This document shows, piece after piece, positions 18,701-27,693 of a stretch of DNA of 64,000 nt (its first letter is position 1; every line of letters begins with the position of its first letter). The DNA lies in assembly GCA_964012805.1 (NCBI GenBank), contig CAXGUD010000002.1:1-64000 (forward strand), written 5' to 3'. The notes below the pieces were generated by a model. The model searched no databases. It saw nothing but the letters and a program-made list of their open reading frames with translations, and was not told the DNA's origin. Origin of the DNA: an uncultured Bacteriovoracaceae bacterium (GTDB lineage Bacteria > Bdellovibrionota > Bacteriovoracia > Bacteriovoracales > Bacteriovoracaceae). Both the position numbers and the translations under genes were made by a program.

Positions 18701-20084
18701 TCGCTTGTCCTCCTACTAAAATATTGTCAATTTTAAGGGCCGCCTGGCCAACCGTTGTGGGAACAGAACCACTTACAGATCCGCACATTCCTGCCGCTAG
18801 CTCTAAATTAGAGCTGATCATACTGATTTCTTTAAGAACCTCAGGCCCTGTTCCAATAAGAGTGGCACTTTTAAGAGGTTTATCAATTTTTCCGTTTTTA
18901 ATAAGGTAACTTTCATTGGCAGCAAAGTTAAACTCACCAGTGCCAGGTTGAACTGATCCTCCTCCCATTTTTTTGCAATACACACCATGATCAATTGAGG
19001 CAATCATATCATCAAAGGAGTCTTTGCCAGGCTCAATAAAAGTGTTCCTCATTCGACTGGCTGGAGCATACTTATAGGATTCCTTTCTGCCTGAGCCGCT
19101 CCTAGGATGTCCAGTTTTTAGGTTTCCAACTTTATCTACGAGAAAGCCAGTTAAAACACCGTCTTTTATAAGTTGCGTCTTTTGTGTTGGCATTCCCTCA
19201 TCATCTATATTGATTGAACCCCAATAGTTCCCCATAGTTCCATCATCAACGGCACTAACGCATGGGTTTGCTATTGTTTCACCCATCTTATCCCAAAAGA
19301 CAGATGCTTTCTTTTGAACAGAGGTTGTTTCCAAGAGGTGTCCACACGCTTCGTGAAAGATAACTCCTCCAAAGCCGTTATCTAAAACAACAGGCATTTT
19401 TCCTGAAGGACAGGGGTCAGCAAAAAGCTTTGTAATAGCTTGCTTAGCAACCATTTCACCTAGTTGCTTTGGATCTATGGTTTGAGACATTTCCCATCCA
19501 GTGAGCGCTCCAGGTGCTTCATAACCTGTTGCTTGTTCACCTTCATGAGCTGCCATAACCATACTAAAAAGTCTTGTATAGTGACGAGTATCTTTTGTGT
19601 GTAATCCTTCGGAGTTAAAAATCTCAACGTCTTGAAGCCTCTGACCAGCTCCTAATCGGACTTGCTCAACTTTTTCATGGTGGGCCCTGGCGGCTTGATC
19701 AATGCTCATAAGAAAATCTATTTTATTTTGGTTGGGAATATCGTTATTTATTCCCTGGGTGGCCGGGTGAATGTCATCAATTTTTGAAAAATTGAGAACC
19801 GTCGTATCTCTAACAGCATTCCTTTTTTCTGAGGCCGCCAAAAGCCTTGTAATTCGAATGAGCTCTTCTTTTTCAATACTATTTGTGTATCCATAGAGAA
19901 CTTTCGTTCCATAAATAAGCCTCACACCAATTCCAAAATCAATACCACTTTTTATTTCGTGAACCTTTGAAGAGAGGACCTGGATATTTTTAGACTGATG
20001 TCTCTCGACAAATATATCGCAAAAGTCTGCACCAAGACTTATGGCCTCAAAGAGGACGTCTTGTGCGGTAGTCTTATCTAGCAT
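18693..20084 (-). CDS. tldD: TldD metalloprotease
   Basis: FHEACGHLLE, IDDEG, RMRNT, GMCG motifs. Confidence 0.93.
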   Translation of the reverse strand: MLDKTTAQDVLFEAISLGADFCDIFVERHQSKNIQVLSSKVHEIKSGIDFGIGVRLIYGTKVLYGYTNSIEKEELIRITRLLAASEKRNAVRDTTVLNFSKIDDIHPATQGINNDIPNQNKIDFLMSIDQAARAHHEKVEQVRLGAGQRLQDVEIFNSEGLHTKDTRHYTRLFSMVMAAHEGEQATGYEAPGALTGWEMSQTIDPKQLGEMVAKQAITKLFADPCPSGKMPVVLDNGFGGVIFHEACGHLLETTSVQKKASVFWDKMGETIANPCVSAVDDGTMGNYWGSINIDDEGMPTQKTQLIKDGVLTGFLVDKVGNLKTGHPRSGSGRKESYKYAPASRMRNTFIEPGKDSFDDMIASIDHGVYCKKMGGGSVQPGTGEFNFAANESYLIKNGKIDKPLKSATLIGTGPEVLKEISMISSNLELAAGMCGSVSGSVPTTVGQAALKIDNILVGGQANG

Positions 20085-20164
20085 AAAGAATACTCCTATA
20101 CATGAGTTGAATACTTAAAAGCCCAATACTAATAAAGAATTTCACTAAGGGTAGGAACGATGCA

Positions 20165-23100
20165 TTATTTTTTCTTATCGTACTTAAGAAGCTTGTTACG
20201 ACCATGAATTGACTTGTATCGTTTCGAAATAATCTTAAAAATACCCTTGGCCCTTCCTGCAACGCCGCCATCACCAGAAGCTGGCCCTCGAAAGCTCATT
20301 TCTCCACCTTCACTACCGGGGACCATGCCGCCCATGTCCATGCCAACACCGCCACCGGCCATTTTGCCTCCACCTTGGAACTGGGCCACTTGAAGTTCAC
20401 CACTTTCAAGCCCTGCGGCTTCAGCACCTCTTTCAGATTCTTGAGTTTCAGGCTCTGGGTCTCCACCACCTTCCATAAGACCTGGCCCTCCGGCATCGCC
20501 ACCGCTGCCACCTTCACTTGAAGCCACTTCTCCAAGCCCTTGCATCGCCTGTGGCTCTCCTTGAGATTCATCGCCGCCGCCACCGCCCATATCTAAACCT
20601 GAGCCAATGGCATCGACGTTATCATTGCTTGTTGCCGCCTTAACATTAGCTGCCCTTCGGTTTACACCAAGCTTTAAGCGTTTATTTGGAGCGATTTTTG
20701 TTGCTCCTCCGCCCTGAAATGAAACTCTTAATTGAGATGGGTATATAGGCCCCTTATTCATTGCATTTTTTGTGGCATCACAGAGAGCCTTCGGCTCAAT
20801 AGGGGTTCCATTACACAATTTATTGAGGTTTTCACGCATAAAAGGAGTCATCGTGAAGGGTTGCTCTAGTGCCTTTGTGCCATCCATTGCCGATTGGACA
20901 ATATCGGCTTGGTTCTTGTAAATCATTGAGCTCATAAATGAAACCATGGCATCCTTACCGATACCAATAAGGTAGCTCTTAAGTTGCTCCCTGGAAGATT
21001 GATTTCTTAAAAGACCGACAGTGCTGCCGCCGATAACGTCTTGACAGGGGTCTCTTGTGGATGTTTTATCTTTGCTTTGCATGGCCGTTGGAGGTTCACC
21101 ATCTCCTCCACTATCTTCTTGCTCAGGTGCTTCAACAAGTTCCATACCCCCACCGTGCACATCGCCTTTTACAAACTCAGCAACGTCGTAGTTAAAGGGA
21201 GCACATTTAAAAACCCTATAGGGCCTTACCAACTCGTTGATCCAACTTTCATACCTCTCTTTTTCTTTTTCAGCGACACTTTCCGGGTTACCACCCAAGC
21301 CACTTTTACAGATGCCATGAAGTTTACCTTTATCCGGAAATTTACTAAAGGCGTTTCCAAGCACCGCTAATTTAGTCGCCTGAAAGCCCATTTTTGTCAG
21401 TTGAAACTTTTGTTGGGCCTCAATCCCTTCTTTTTGGGCCTGAAGGGCGAGCTGTTGAACGCTTAAGTTTTGGGACCTTTTCTTGTAGTCTTCGATCCTT
21501 GCTTTTTGAATCTCCATTATTTTTTGGTCTTCTTCACTCAAAGTCCCCATCTTTTCTTTTTCTTGAAGTGCTTTTAATATGAGTTGGGCATTGTTTTGTC
21601 CTTGTACCTGAATGTATTCTGCACAGCCAGGGCTTTCAGGATCAGTACTTACCGTCATTTCCATGTTTGGGTTTCTTATGTATTCGGCTTGACACTTAAC
21701 TTTTTGGGCCCTTCTTTTTGCATCGGCATCCATTTTTAGTTTTGCAGCAACATTAAACCCTTGTGAGGCAATTTGAAAGGCCCTCATTTGGCTTACTGAT
21801 TTTCTACAAGCAGGGAAGTCTTGAGTTTCTGCACCAGCAGAGGCACAAGAAAACTCTAAAGTCATCGTCTCCTGTTGCATTTCAGCACCATCTCCAGCTC
21901 CGCCTGGTTGTAGCTGTTGGGCCATTTGCATCTGCATTTGAATTTGATTAAAGTTGGTTCCTCCACCACCGTCTCCCGAAGTAGGGCTTGTATATTCGGA
22001 GCTACTGTAATCCATCATAGAAGTTAGGTGAACAAGGGCGGCACATTTTCTTACAATTGAGTAGTGTGCACCGGCTTCTGGAAAGACGTTACTTAGCCTC
22101 TTCTTAATTTCCTGGAGTTTTTCCGTTACCTTTTTAGCCTCTAGACCTGAATCTGCTTCTCCTTCCCATAGCTTTTGTTTTGCCTCATAGTCAGCTTTTT
22201 TTTCTTTCCACCTGACCACCTGAATATCCATGTCATCTTTCCCCGAATCCATAAGGGTACTAATTTTCTCCTCAGCTTCAGTCACAAGCTCTTGAAATGT
22301 TTTCCCTTCATTTAATTGAATGATCGCTAAGGACCACTCTTGAGGAGTTAATGCATAAGGCTTAATTTTTCTTAATAGGGTATTGGCCAAATTATCCCAA
22401 GACCCAATAAAATTCTCCGGCCCTGAACCTTTATTGGCGACAACTTGATCCCAATCTTGTGGAACAAAACCCTGGCACTCTTGGAAAAGCATAGACCCTT
22501 GAAACTTTGGTGTATAAGGGTGACCTAAGCGCTTATTTGCGAGCTTTCCAGCTGCCTCTGATTTAAAAGGGCTTTCTAGAGTTTGTGGAGCTGCTCTCAT
22601 ACCAGCACTGTTGAGGCCCCTTTTTAACTGTTGGCATTCGGCACTTTCTCCGGACCAGCTTTTATCCATCCTCTCCTTTTCCTTTTTGCTCGTTGTCATC
22701 CAAGTATTGCTTTTTTTATCCGTCCCTTTCAACTTGTTGATTGTATTCCTTGCCGAATCAGCTTGGCTTTTTGTCATTTCAGTTTGGTTTTTTGCCATTT
22801 CAGCTTGGTTTTTTGTTATTGCGGCTTGGTCTTCCTTAAAAGTTTGTAACCGGTTCTTTTCTTGAATTTCTGAAGTCTTTGCCTTTTCGGCTCTATCCTT
22901 CTCTAAAGTGCTTTGAATCACATCCCCAGCATCCGGTCTAAATTCCTTCATTCCGCTTTGCCAAGACTCCGATGAACTAGCTTTTTTGAGAGCATTAGAC
23001 CAATTTGCTTTTGCTTTTGTTGAATCTCCAGGGCTTATTGCTGGGGGAGTGACAGGGGTGTCGTCCCCGGCCCCAGCTGGGTTTATGGTATCAAGCTCTG

Positions 23101-23233
23101 CATCCCCAGCTGGACTTATATCATTAAAGCCACCACCAGTATCCTGAGAGTGTAAAGGTAAAGAAGCCACAAGGGTAAAAAGTAAAAAACCCCGGACTAA
23201 AAGAACATATAGTTTTGTCTCTTTTCGAAACAT
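20165..23233 (-). CDS. Large secreted hypothetical protein, coiled-coil with Gly/acidic C-terminal tail
   Basis: 1022-aa ORF, signal peptide, Q/K-rich helices, ends RGPAS...GIFKIISKRY. Confidence 0.8.
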   Translation of the reverse strand: MFRKETKLYVLLVRGFLLFTLVASLPLHSQDTGGGFNDISPAGDAELDTINPAGAGDDTPVTPPAISPGDSTKAKANWSNALKKASSSESWQSGMKEFRPDAGDVIQSTLEKDRAEKAKTSEIQEKNRLQTFKEDQAAITKNQAEMAKNQTEMTKSQADSARNTINKLKGTDKKSNTWMTTSKKEKERMDKSWSGESAECQQLKRGLNSAGMRAAPQTLESPFKSEAAGKLANKRLGHPYTPKFQGSMLFQECQGFVPQDWDQVVANKGSGPENFIGSWDNLANTLLRKIKPYALTPQEWSLAIIQLNEGKTFQELVTEAEEKISTLMDSGKDDMDIQVVRWKEKKADYEAKQKLWEGEADSGLEAKKVTEKLQEIKKRLSNVFPEAGAHYSIVRKCAALVHLTSMMDYSSSEYTSPTSGDGGGGTNFNQIQMQMQMAQQLQPGGAGDGAEMQQETMTLEFSCASAGAETQDFPACRKSVSQMRAFQIASQGFNVAAKLKMDADAKRRAQKVKCQAEYIRNPNMEMTVSTDPESPGCAEYIQVQGQNNAQLILKALQEKEKMGTLSEEDQKIMEIQKARIEDYKKRSQNLSVQQLALQAQKEGIEAQQKFQLTKMGFQATKLAVLGNAFSKFPDKGKLHGICKSGLGGNPESVAEKEKERYESWINELVRPYRVFKCAPFNYDVAEFVKGDVHGGGMELVEAPEQEDSGGDGEPPTAMQSKDKTSTRDPCQDVIGGSTVGLLRNQSSREQLKSYLIGIGKDAMVSFMSSMIYKNQADIVQSAMDGTKALEQPFTMTPFMRENLNKLCNGTPIEPKALCDATKNAMNKGPIYPSQLRVSFQGGGATKIAPNKRLKLGVNRRAANVKAATSNDNVDAIGSGLDMGGGGGDESQGEPQAMQGLGEVASSEGGSGGDAGGPGLMEGGGDPEPETQESERGAEAAGLESGELQVAQFQGGGKMAGGGVGMDMGGMVPGSEGGEMSFRGPASGDGGVAGRAKGIFKIISKRYKSIHGRNKLLKYDKKK
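22751..22834. repeat. Four imperfect 21-bp tandem repeats (heptads EDQAAIT/KNQAEMA/KNQTEMT/KSQADSA)
   Basis: tgccgaatcagcttggctttt / tgtcatttcagtttggttttt / tgccatttcagcttggttttt / tgttattgcggcttggtcttc. Confidence 0.75.
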
Positions 23234-23289
23234 ATCAAAAATACCGGTCTTACTGTAAAGAGGTTTGCCTCTCTCTATTATACCTGTCC

Positions 23290-23316
23290 TTATCGGTCAG
23301 CTAAGATATATCTTGA
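23290..23316 (-). promoter_or_regulatory. Putative sigma28 promoter, best match in the window
   Basis: Minus strand TCAA-N15-ACCGATAA, 56 bp upstream of the 1022-aa gene. Confidence 0.7.
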
Positions 23317-23426
23317 AATTAAAGGATGATTATTGAGGACGCTTTAGATTTTGAAGCTTTAAAGAGGGCTTTTTTAAGGAGCAAAGAGGTTATAAAAATA
23401 GGCAATCTAAGGTAAATATAAAATAT

Positions 23427-23738
23427 TTAGCAACTCCCAAGACATATTCCCTCAACTTTGCCCTTCATAAAGATAACACAATATTTTTTTCTCTTATTGA
23501 TTGGTAGAAGGTTATTTATCTTAAATATCTCAAAAGCATATTTTGCTACGGTTTCATTTGCAAAAGGAACTGACTTTGACATTCCTTTGAATTGAACCCT
23601 GATTGTATTGGAGTTCGGTTTGTTAGGTACTTTTCCCAAAACCATGAGACTTGGTTGTTGGTCGCTTTTATAACATGTGTCTCCAAAAGAAAGGGTTGGA
23701 GCTAGAAATAGAAAAACTAAAATCACGAACTTTTTCAT
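23427..23738 (-). CDS. Small secreted protein with 4 Cys
   Basis: MKK signal peptide, AAGGA RBS. Confidence 0.75.
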   Translation of the reverse strand: MKKFVILVFLFLAPTLSFGDTCYKSDQQPSLMVLGKVPNKPNSNTIRVQFKGMSKSVPFANETVAKYAFEIFKINNLLPINKRKKYCVIFMKGKVEGICLGSC

Positions 23739-23934
23739 TTTTTTATCCTTAAAAAAATAGATATAAAATCAACAAAAGAAGTTTCTTTTATTTAAGTTTG
23801 TTATGGGTGTTACTTTTATCTTTTTTTGCCTAGAAGCTATTTTTTCACAATCTATACTAAAATTGCTAGCTAATTATGAAGGGGATCACATGATTAAACT
23901 TAAAACAGTCACCTTGAAATTTTTGAAATAAAAA

Positions 23935-24351
23935 TTAAATGGATGAGCTTTCGGGTTGCTTCCTCCACCTGAGTGCTTTTTTGAGAAAAATCTTTTCTTC
24001 GTCATAATCTGGTAATAGGCAGTTGATTGCCTTTTGAGTCGCGGCTTTCCAATTAGTCCTTTTTGGGATAACTTCGGTTTGGTCTAATTGACTTTCATAA
24101 TGTCCTAAAACAATAAGCTTTGTCTTAAGCTTATTTTTTCTAATATAGTCCTCTATAATCGAAGCAGCGTCTTCGTCGTCTAAATGTGAAGCCGTGATAA
24201 TGACTTCTACCTTAGGAAAAAGACTCAGGTAGTTTAATGCCTCAGCTGCTGTTTCCCTCACCAAAACTTCCTCAGGAAAAAGCTCATTCAGCTCCATTAG
24301 CATGAGGTCTTTAAGGCTTGGGTTTTCTTCTGCGAGGATCACATTCAGCAT
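23935..24351 (-). CDS. Degenerate receiver-like protein
   Basis: Receiver-like layout (VILAEEN...VIITASHL...LIVLG) without the phosphoacceptor Asp. Confidence 0.6.
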   Translation of the reverse strand: MLNVILAEENPSLKDLMLMELNELFPEEVLVRETAAEALNYLSLFPKVEVIITASHLDDEDAASIIEDYIRKNKLKTKLIVLGHYESQLDQTEVIPKRTNWKAATQKAINCLLPDYDEEKIFLKKALRWRKQPESSSI

Positions 24352-24426
24352 AATTTTATTCTTCCTTATTTCTTTGATTCTATTTAAAAATTTTTCTAAA
24401 AATCTTAATCTCTATTCTATATAAAT

Positions 24427-24453
24427 TTTTCGGAAACTTCTCTATAGTCATAA
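24427..24453 (-). promoter_or_regulatory. Putative sigma28 promoter
   Basis: Minus strand TTAT-N15-TCCGAAAA. Confidence 0.4.
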
Positions 24454-24534
24454 GTCTTTTATATTCTTTATAGAAAAAGGAGAAGTTTACCCATTATTAC
24501 TATCTTATAATGAATCGCCAGTAAACCTTTCCAG

Positions 24535-25353
24535 TCAGGTTTCATTGTCTTTGTCTCTTAAAGGGTTAATAGGGGCCCTTTTTAACTTATCAATAACTTC
24601 TGGATCTGATGGACCTTTAAGGAAGGCCCTAGTTGAGGTCCTTTTTGAAGAAAAGCCAGGAGCATTCCTCATAAACCAACCGGCAGCTTGTAAGGATTTT
24701 CTTACACTTGTGGAAGAGCTATAAGTGGATAAAGTCACTTCTGGTGATGAAGCCTTCTTGAGTACTTCAAACCACTCAACAGTCCAAAGAGAAGGGTTCC
24801 TTTTAGGAGAGAAGGGGTCTTGAAAAACTGCGTCCAGAGCTGGAATCATACCAAGCTTTGAGGCTTTTTTAAGGGTTTTCCGAGCATCTCCTATTAGAAT
24901 ATTGACCTTACCAAGCCCACAATTTCCATTAAAATAATCGAGCCCACCAGTTTTTTGAAAGCTTCCTTTTAATGGTGGTATTGATGGAGGCCAATTATCG
25001 ATTGTCCACTCAACAAGTCCTTGGTCTATTTCCAGTGATGTGAAGACAAAGGATTTTTTAACTTCTTTTTTTTCGTAAAAATCAGAAACAACTTGTAGCC
25101 CCACACCAAGACCGAAACCAACTTCCAGTACCGACAAGGCTTTTTCTCCAAGCCTTTCAGATTTTTCCGGGATGCTACAACCTTCAAGGTAATTGAAGAG
25201 AGTTTCATCCCAGGCACCGTCAAGGCTGTGACAAGCTTCATTATAGGCTTCACTAAAAACCGTGTAGGATTGGTCTTTTGTTTTAACTATTTTGTATTGA
25301 CCCATAGAGCCATTAAAGGTCGCCAGATCAGAGTTTATTGCATCACATCTCAT
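24535..25353 (-). CDS. mnmD: MnmC-type (MnmD) tRNA mnm5s2U34 methyltransferase, stand-alone domain
   Basis: VLEVGFGLG, FQDPFSPKRNPSLW, STYS, PGF..KR motifs; true start may be downstream (MGQYKIV). Confidence 0.8.
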   Translation of the reverse strand: MRCDAINSDLATFNGSMGQYKIVKTKDQSYTVFSEAYNEACHSLDGAWDETLFNYLEGCSIPEKSERLGEKALSVLEVGFGLGVGLQVVSDFYEKKEVKKSFVFTSLEIDQGLVEWTIDNWPPSIPPLKGSFQKTGGLDYFNGNCGLGKVNILIGDARKTLKKASKLGMIPALDAVFQDPFSPKRNPSLWTVEWFEVLKKASSPEVTLSTYSSSTSVRKSLQAAGWFMRNAPGFSSKRTSTRAFLKGPSDPEVIDKLKRAPINPLRDKDNET

Positions 25354-25541
25354 TCCAAAAGAAATAGTTTAATTCTTCCTATTTGGCCAGCTTCTAACAA
25401 TAGGAAGTATTGATTGATTTAAAAAGAAAGGCCTAAAAATCGTCTTTTCCTTGGCCCGGCATAAACCTCTGCTATAATGAGTTGTCCTAGGCTTCGAAAA
25501 TAGGTCCTTTTGGGGCACTAAATAAAATAGGGAGGAGTCCA

Positions 25542-25802
25542 ATGAAAGAAACCGATTTTGCCATGTGGGTGACGGGAATTATATTGGGACTCACGATTGG
25601 AGGAATGGCCCTCTTGGATTTTGTAAAGATGATGATGGAGGAAATTAAGCCTGATGAACTAATGGACAAAGAAATGCTAGATTTAACTGAAGAGCAAAGA
25701 GTTCAAAAGCTTGCTTTAGAGGGAGATGTTCAAGAGGGAGGGGAAGAGCAAACGCCTAAGGCTGAAGAAGCTGCCCCTTCTGAAGAGAAAAAGGCAGCCT
25801 AA
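25542..25802 (+). CDS. Small single-TM protein with acidic tail
   Basis: GGAGGAG RBS, N-terminal TM helix. Confidence 0.75.
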   Translation: MKETDFAMWVTGIILGLTIGGMALLDFVKMMMEEIKPDELMDKEMLDLTEEQRVQKLALEGDVQEGGEEQTPKAEEAAPSEEKKAA

Positions 25803-25834
25803 TTGAGTACTCAATTTTAAAATCCAAACAAGAA

Positions 25835-27610
25835 CTAATAACCAGATTTTTTCATTCTAAGGGTCCAGTCCATGTAAATTGCTTCTAATTTGGGTTGAAC
25901 AATGTCTCTGTACCGAAAGTAGAGGGTTTTTCTCTCTTCGTCCTTGTTAGCGTGATCACAAAGAACACGAAGGGTCTCTAGATAACTTAATGCCTGACAG
26001 AGTGTCTCAGCATGGGTCATTAACTTGTTTACGTTTTCTTCCTTGGCCCAACTTTTGAGAGTAAAGACTTCGGATGCGTCTGGCTTAAGAGCAGAGTAAA
26101 GGAGAGAAACGAGCTTTCTCTTAAACTTGAAATGGATTGTTTTAAAATCTTTCATCCATTCTGAGTTTTCCTTTGTTGGATTAAGCCATTTGTGCTTGAA
26201 AACGACATTGGAAGCAAACCTCTTAGGTTCCTTCATGGCATATTTCACCATGTCTTTGAGTGCCATCAAGGCCTGAATTTGGCTTGTTCCTTCATAAAGA
26301 AGAGGGCCAAAGATATCCCTATGAATCCTCTCCACTGGATATTCTTTCATATACCCGTAGCCACCTAAGACTTGGATGCCCTTGATAGTAAGAATAGAGG
26401 CGAGCTCAGTTGCGTAATACTTTACAAGAGGAGTTCTCTTGCGAGTCCATAGTTGGGCCTCTTCAAATAATTCTTCTTCTTCCTTCGTAAGGTCATTAGT
26501 CTGTTGCTTTTTAAGTTCCAGTCTTTGATAAATATCAAAATGAGTCATTGTATCAACTAAAAGCGCCCTAAGACCATCTCTTTCAGCTTCAAAGTCTTCC
26601 AGGTTTCTTTTCATTAAAGGGAGTTCTTCAATTGGTTTCCCGAATTGAGTTCTTTCGCCAGCATATTTTCTAGCGTAGGAAAGGGAAGCTTCAATTCCAC
26701 CGAGGGCCTGAAGGGCCGTGACAAGCCTTGCTTCATTCATGAGGTGAAGCATTTGCTTAAAGCCTTCATTGGCCTTTCCAATCAATTGTCCTACGGAATT
26801 TTCAAAAACCAGTTCAGTGGTGAATGAGCCATGCATTCCCATTTTGTCTTCATTTTTAGCAACGACGTAATTGATGCCTTCTTTCCCGGGGACATCCTGC
26901 TCAACCAAAAACATAGAAATGCCTTCAAGGCCTTCAGGTGCATCTTTGATTCTTGCAAGAACGAGGCAGATTCCTCCTCCTCCATTTGTAATAAAGATTT
27001 TATTTCCATTAATGAGGTAGGTTCCATCTTCTTGAAGAGTAGCGGATGTTCTTAGTGAGCCTAAGTCGGAGCCACAGCCTGGCTCAGTCAAGCACATCGC
27101 CCCTGAAGTTTCTCCGGAAATAATTTTTGGAATAATTCTTTCGGCCGTTTTTTCATCACAAAAACGGTTGATCATTTCCCCAATAGAAGTAAAAAAAGCA
27201 ATCTGAGTTGAAGTCGCAATGCAACCTCTTGCCATGGCCGCTAGGCCAATAAGCGGTCCAGTTGTGGGAGTTTCTAGGCCACCGTACTTTCTTGGTAGTG
27301 TAACTCCAAAGATTGAGAGTTCTGTCGCTTCACGATAGAGCTCAGAGAGTGCCTCACCGGGGATGGTCCGACCATTTTCTATTTTTCCTGCGCCCTCCCT
27401 ATCAAGCCTTTCGGCCCTAGCGGCAATAGATTTTCCGGCCCAATCCCCAGTACTAACTAGAAGCTCTTCTAAAAATTCCATCACCTCTTGTTTTGATTCA
27501 AACCCGTCCTCTGTGGGGTATTCGGGGTAGAAGAGGGGGAGAAGTTTGTCCCAGTCAATAGCATTTTTAAAAAGCCATTTCCATTCCTTTTCATCGCTGT
27601 AAAAATTCAC
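25835..27610 (-). CDS. Acyl-CoA dehydrogenase
   Basis: MCLTEPGCGSDL, NGNKIFIT, KMGMHGS, RTQFGKPI, QVLGGYGY, YEGTSQIQ. Confidence 0.95.
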   Translation of the reverse strand: MNFYSDEKEWKWLFKNAIDWDKLLPLFYPEYPTEDGFESKQEVMEFLEELLVSTGDWAGKSIAARAERLDREGAGKIENGRTIPGEALSELYREATELSIFGVTLPRKYGGLETPTTGPLIGLAAMARGCIATSTQIAFFTSIGEMINRFCDEKTAERIIPKIISGETSGAMCLTEPGCGSDLGSLRTSATLQEDGTYLINGNKIFITNGGGGICLVLARIKDAPEGLEGISMFLVEQDVPGKEGINYVVAKNEDKMGMHGSFTTELVFENSVGQLIGKANEGFKQMLHLMNEARLVTALQALGGIEASLSYARKYAGERTQFGKPIEELPLMKRNLEDFEAERDGLRALLVDTMTHFDIYQRLELKKQQTNDLTKEEEELFEEAQLWTRKRTPLVKYYATELASILTIKGIQVLGGYGYMKEYPVERIHRDIFGPLLYEGTSQIQALMALKDMVKYAMKEPKRFASNVVFKHKWLNPTKENSEWMKDFKTIHFKFKRKLVSLLYSALKPDASEVFTLKSWAKEENVNKLMTHAETLCQALSYLETLRVLCDHANKDEERKTLYFRYRDIVQPKLEAIYMDWTLRMKKSGY

Positions 27611-27693
27611 AACAAATCCTTTGATAAGTGGAGGTTAATAAAGTGTTTTTTTATCATTAATGAACCAGAACTAAAAGGCATGTCGAAGGAAAA

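Noticed and set aside
22751..22834. CRISPR-like array
   Set aside because: In-frame coding heptad repeats with no spacers and no cas genes
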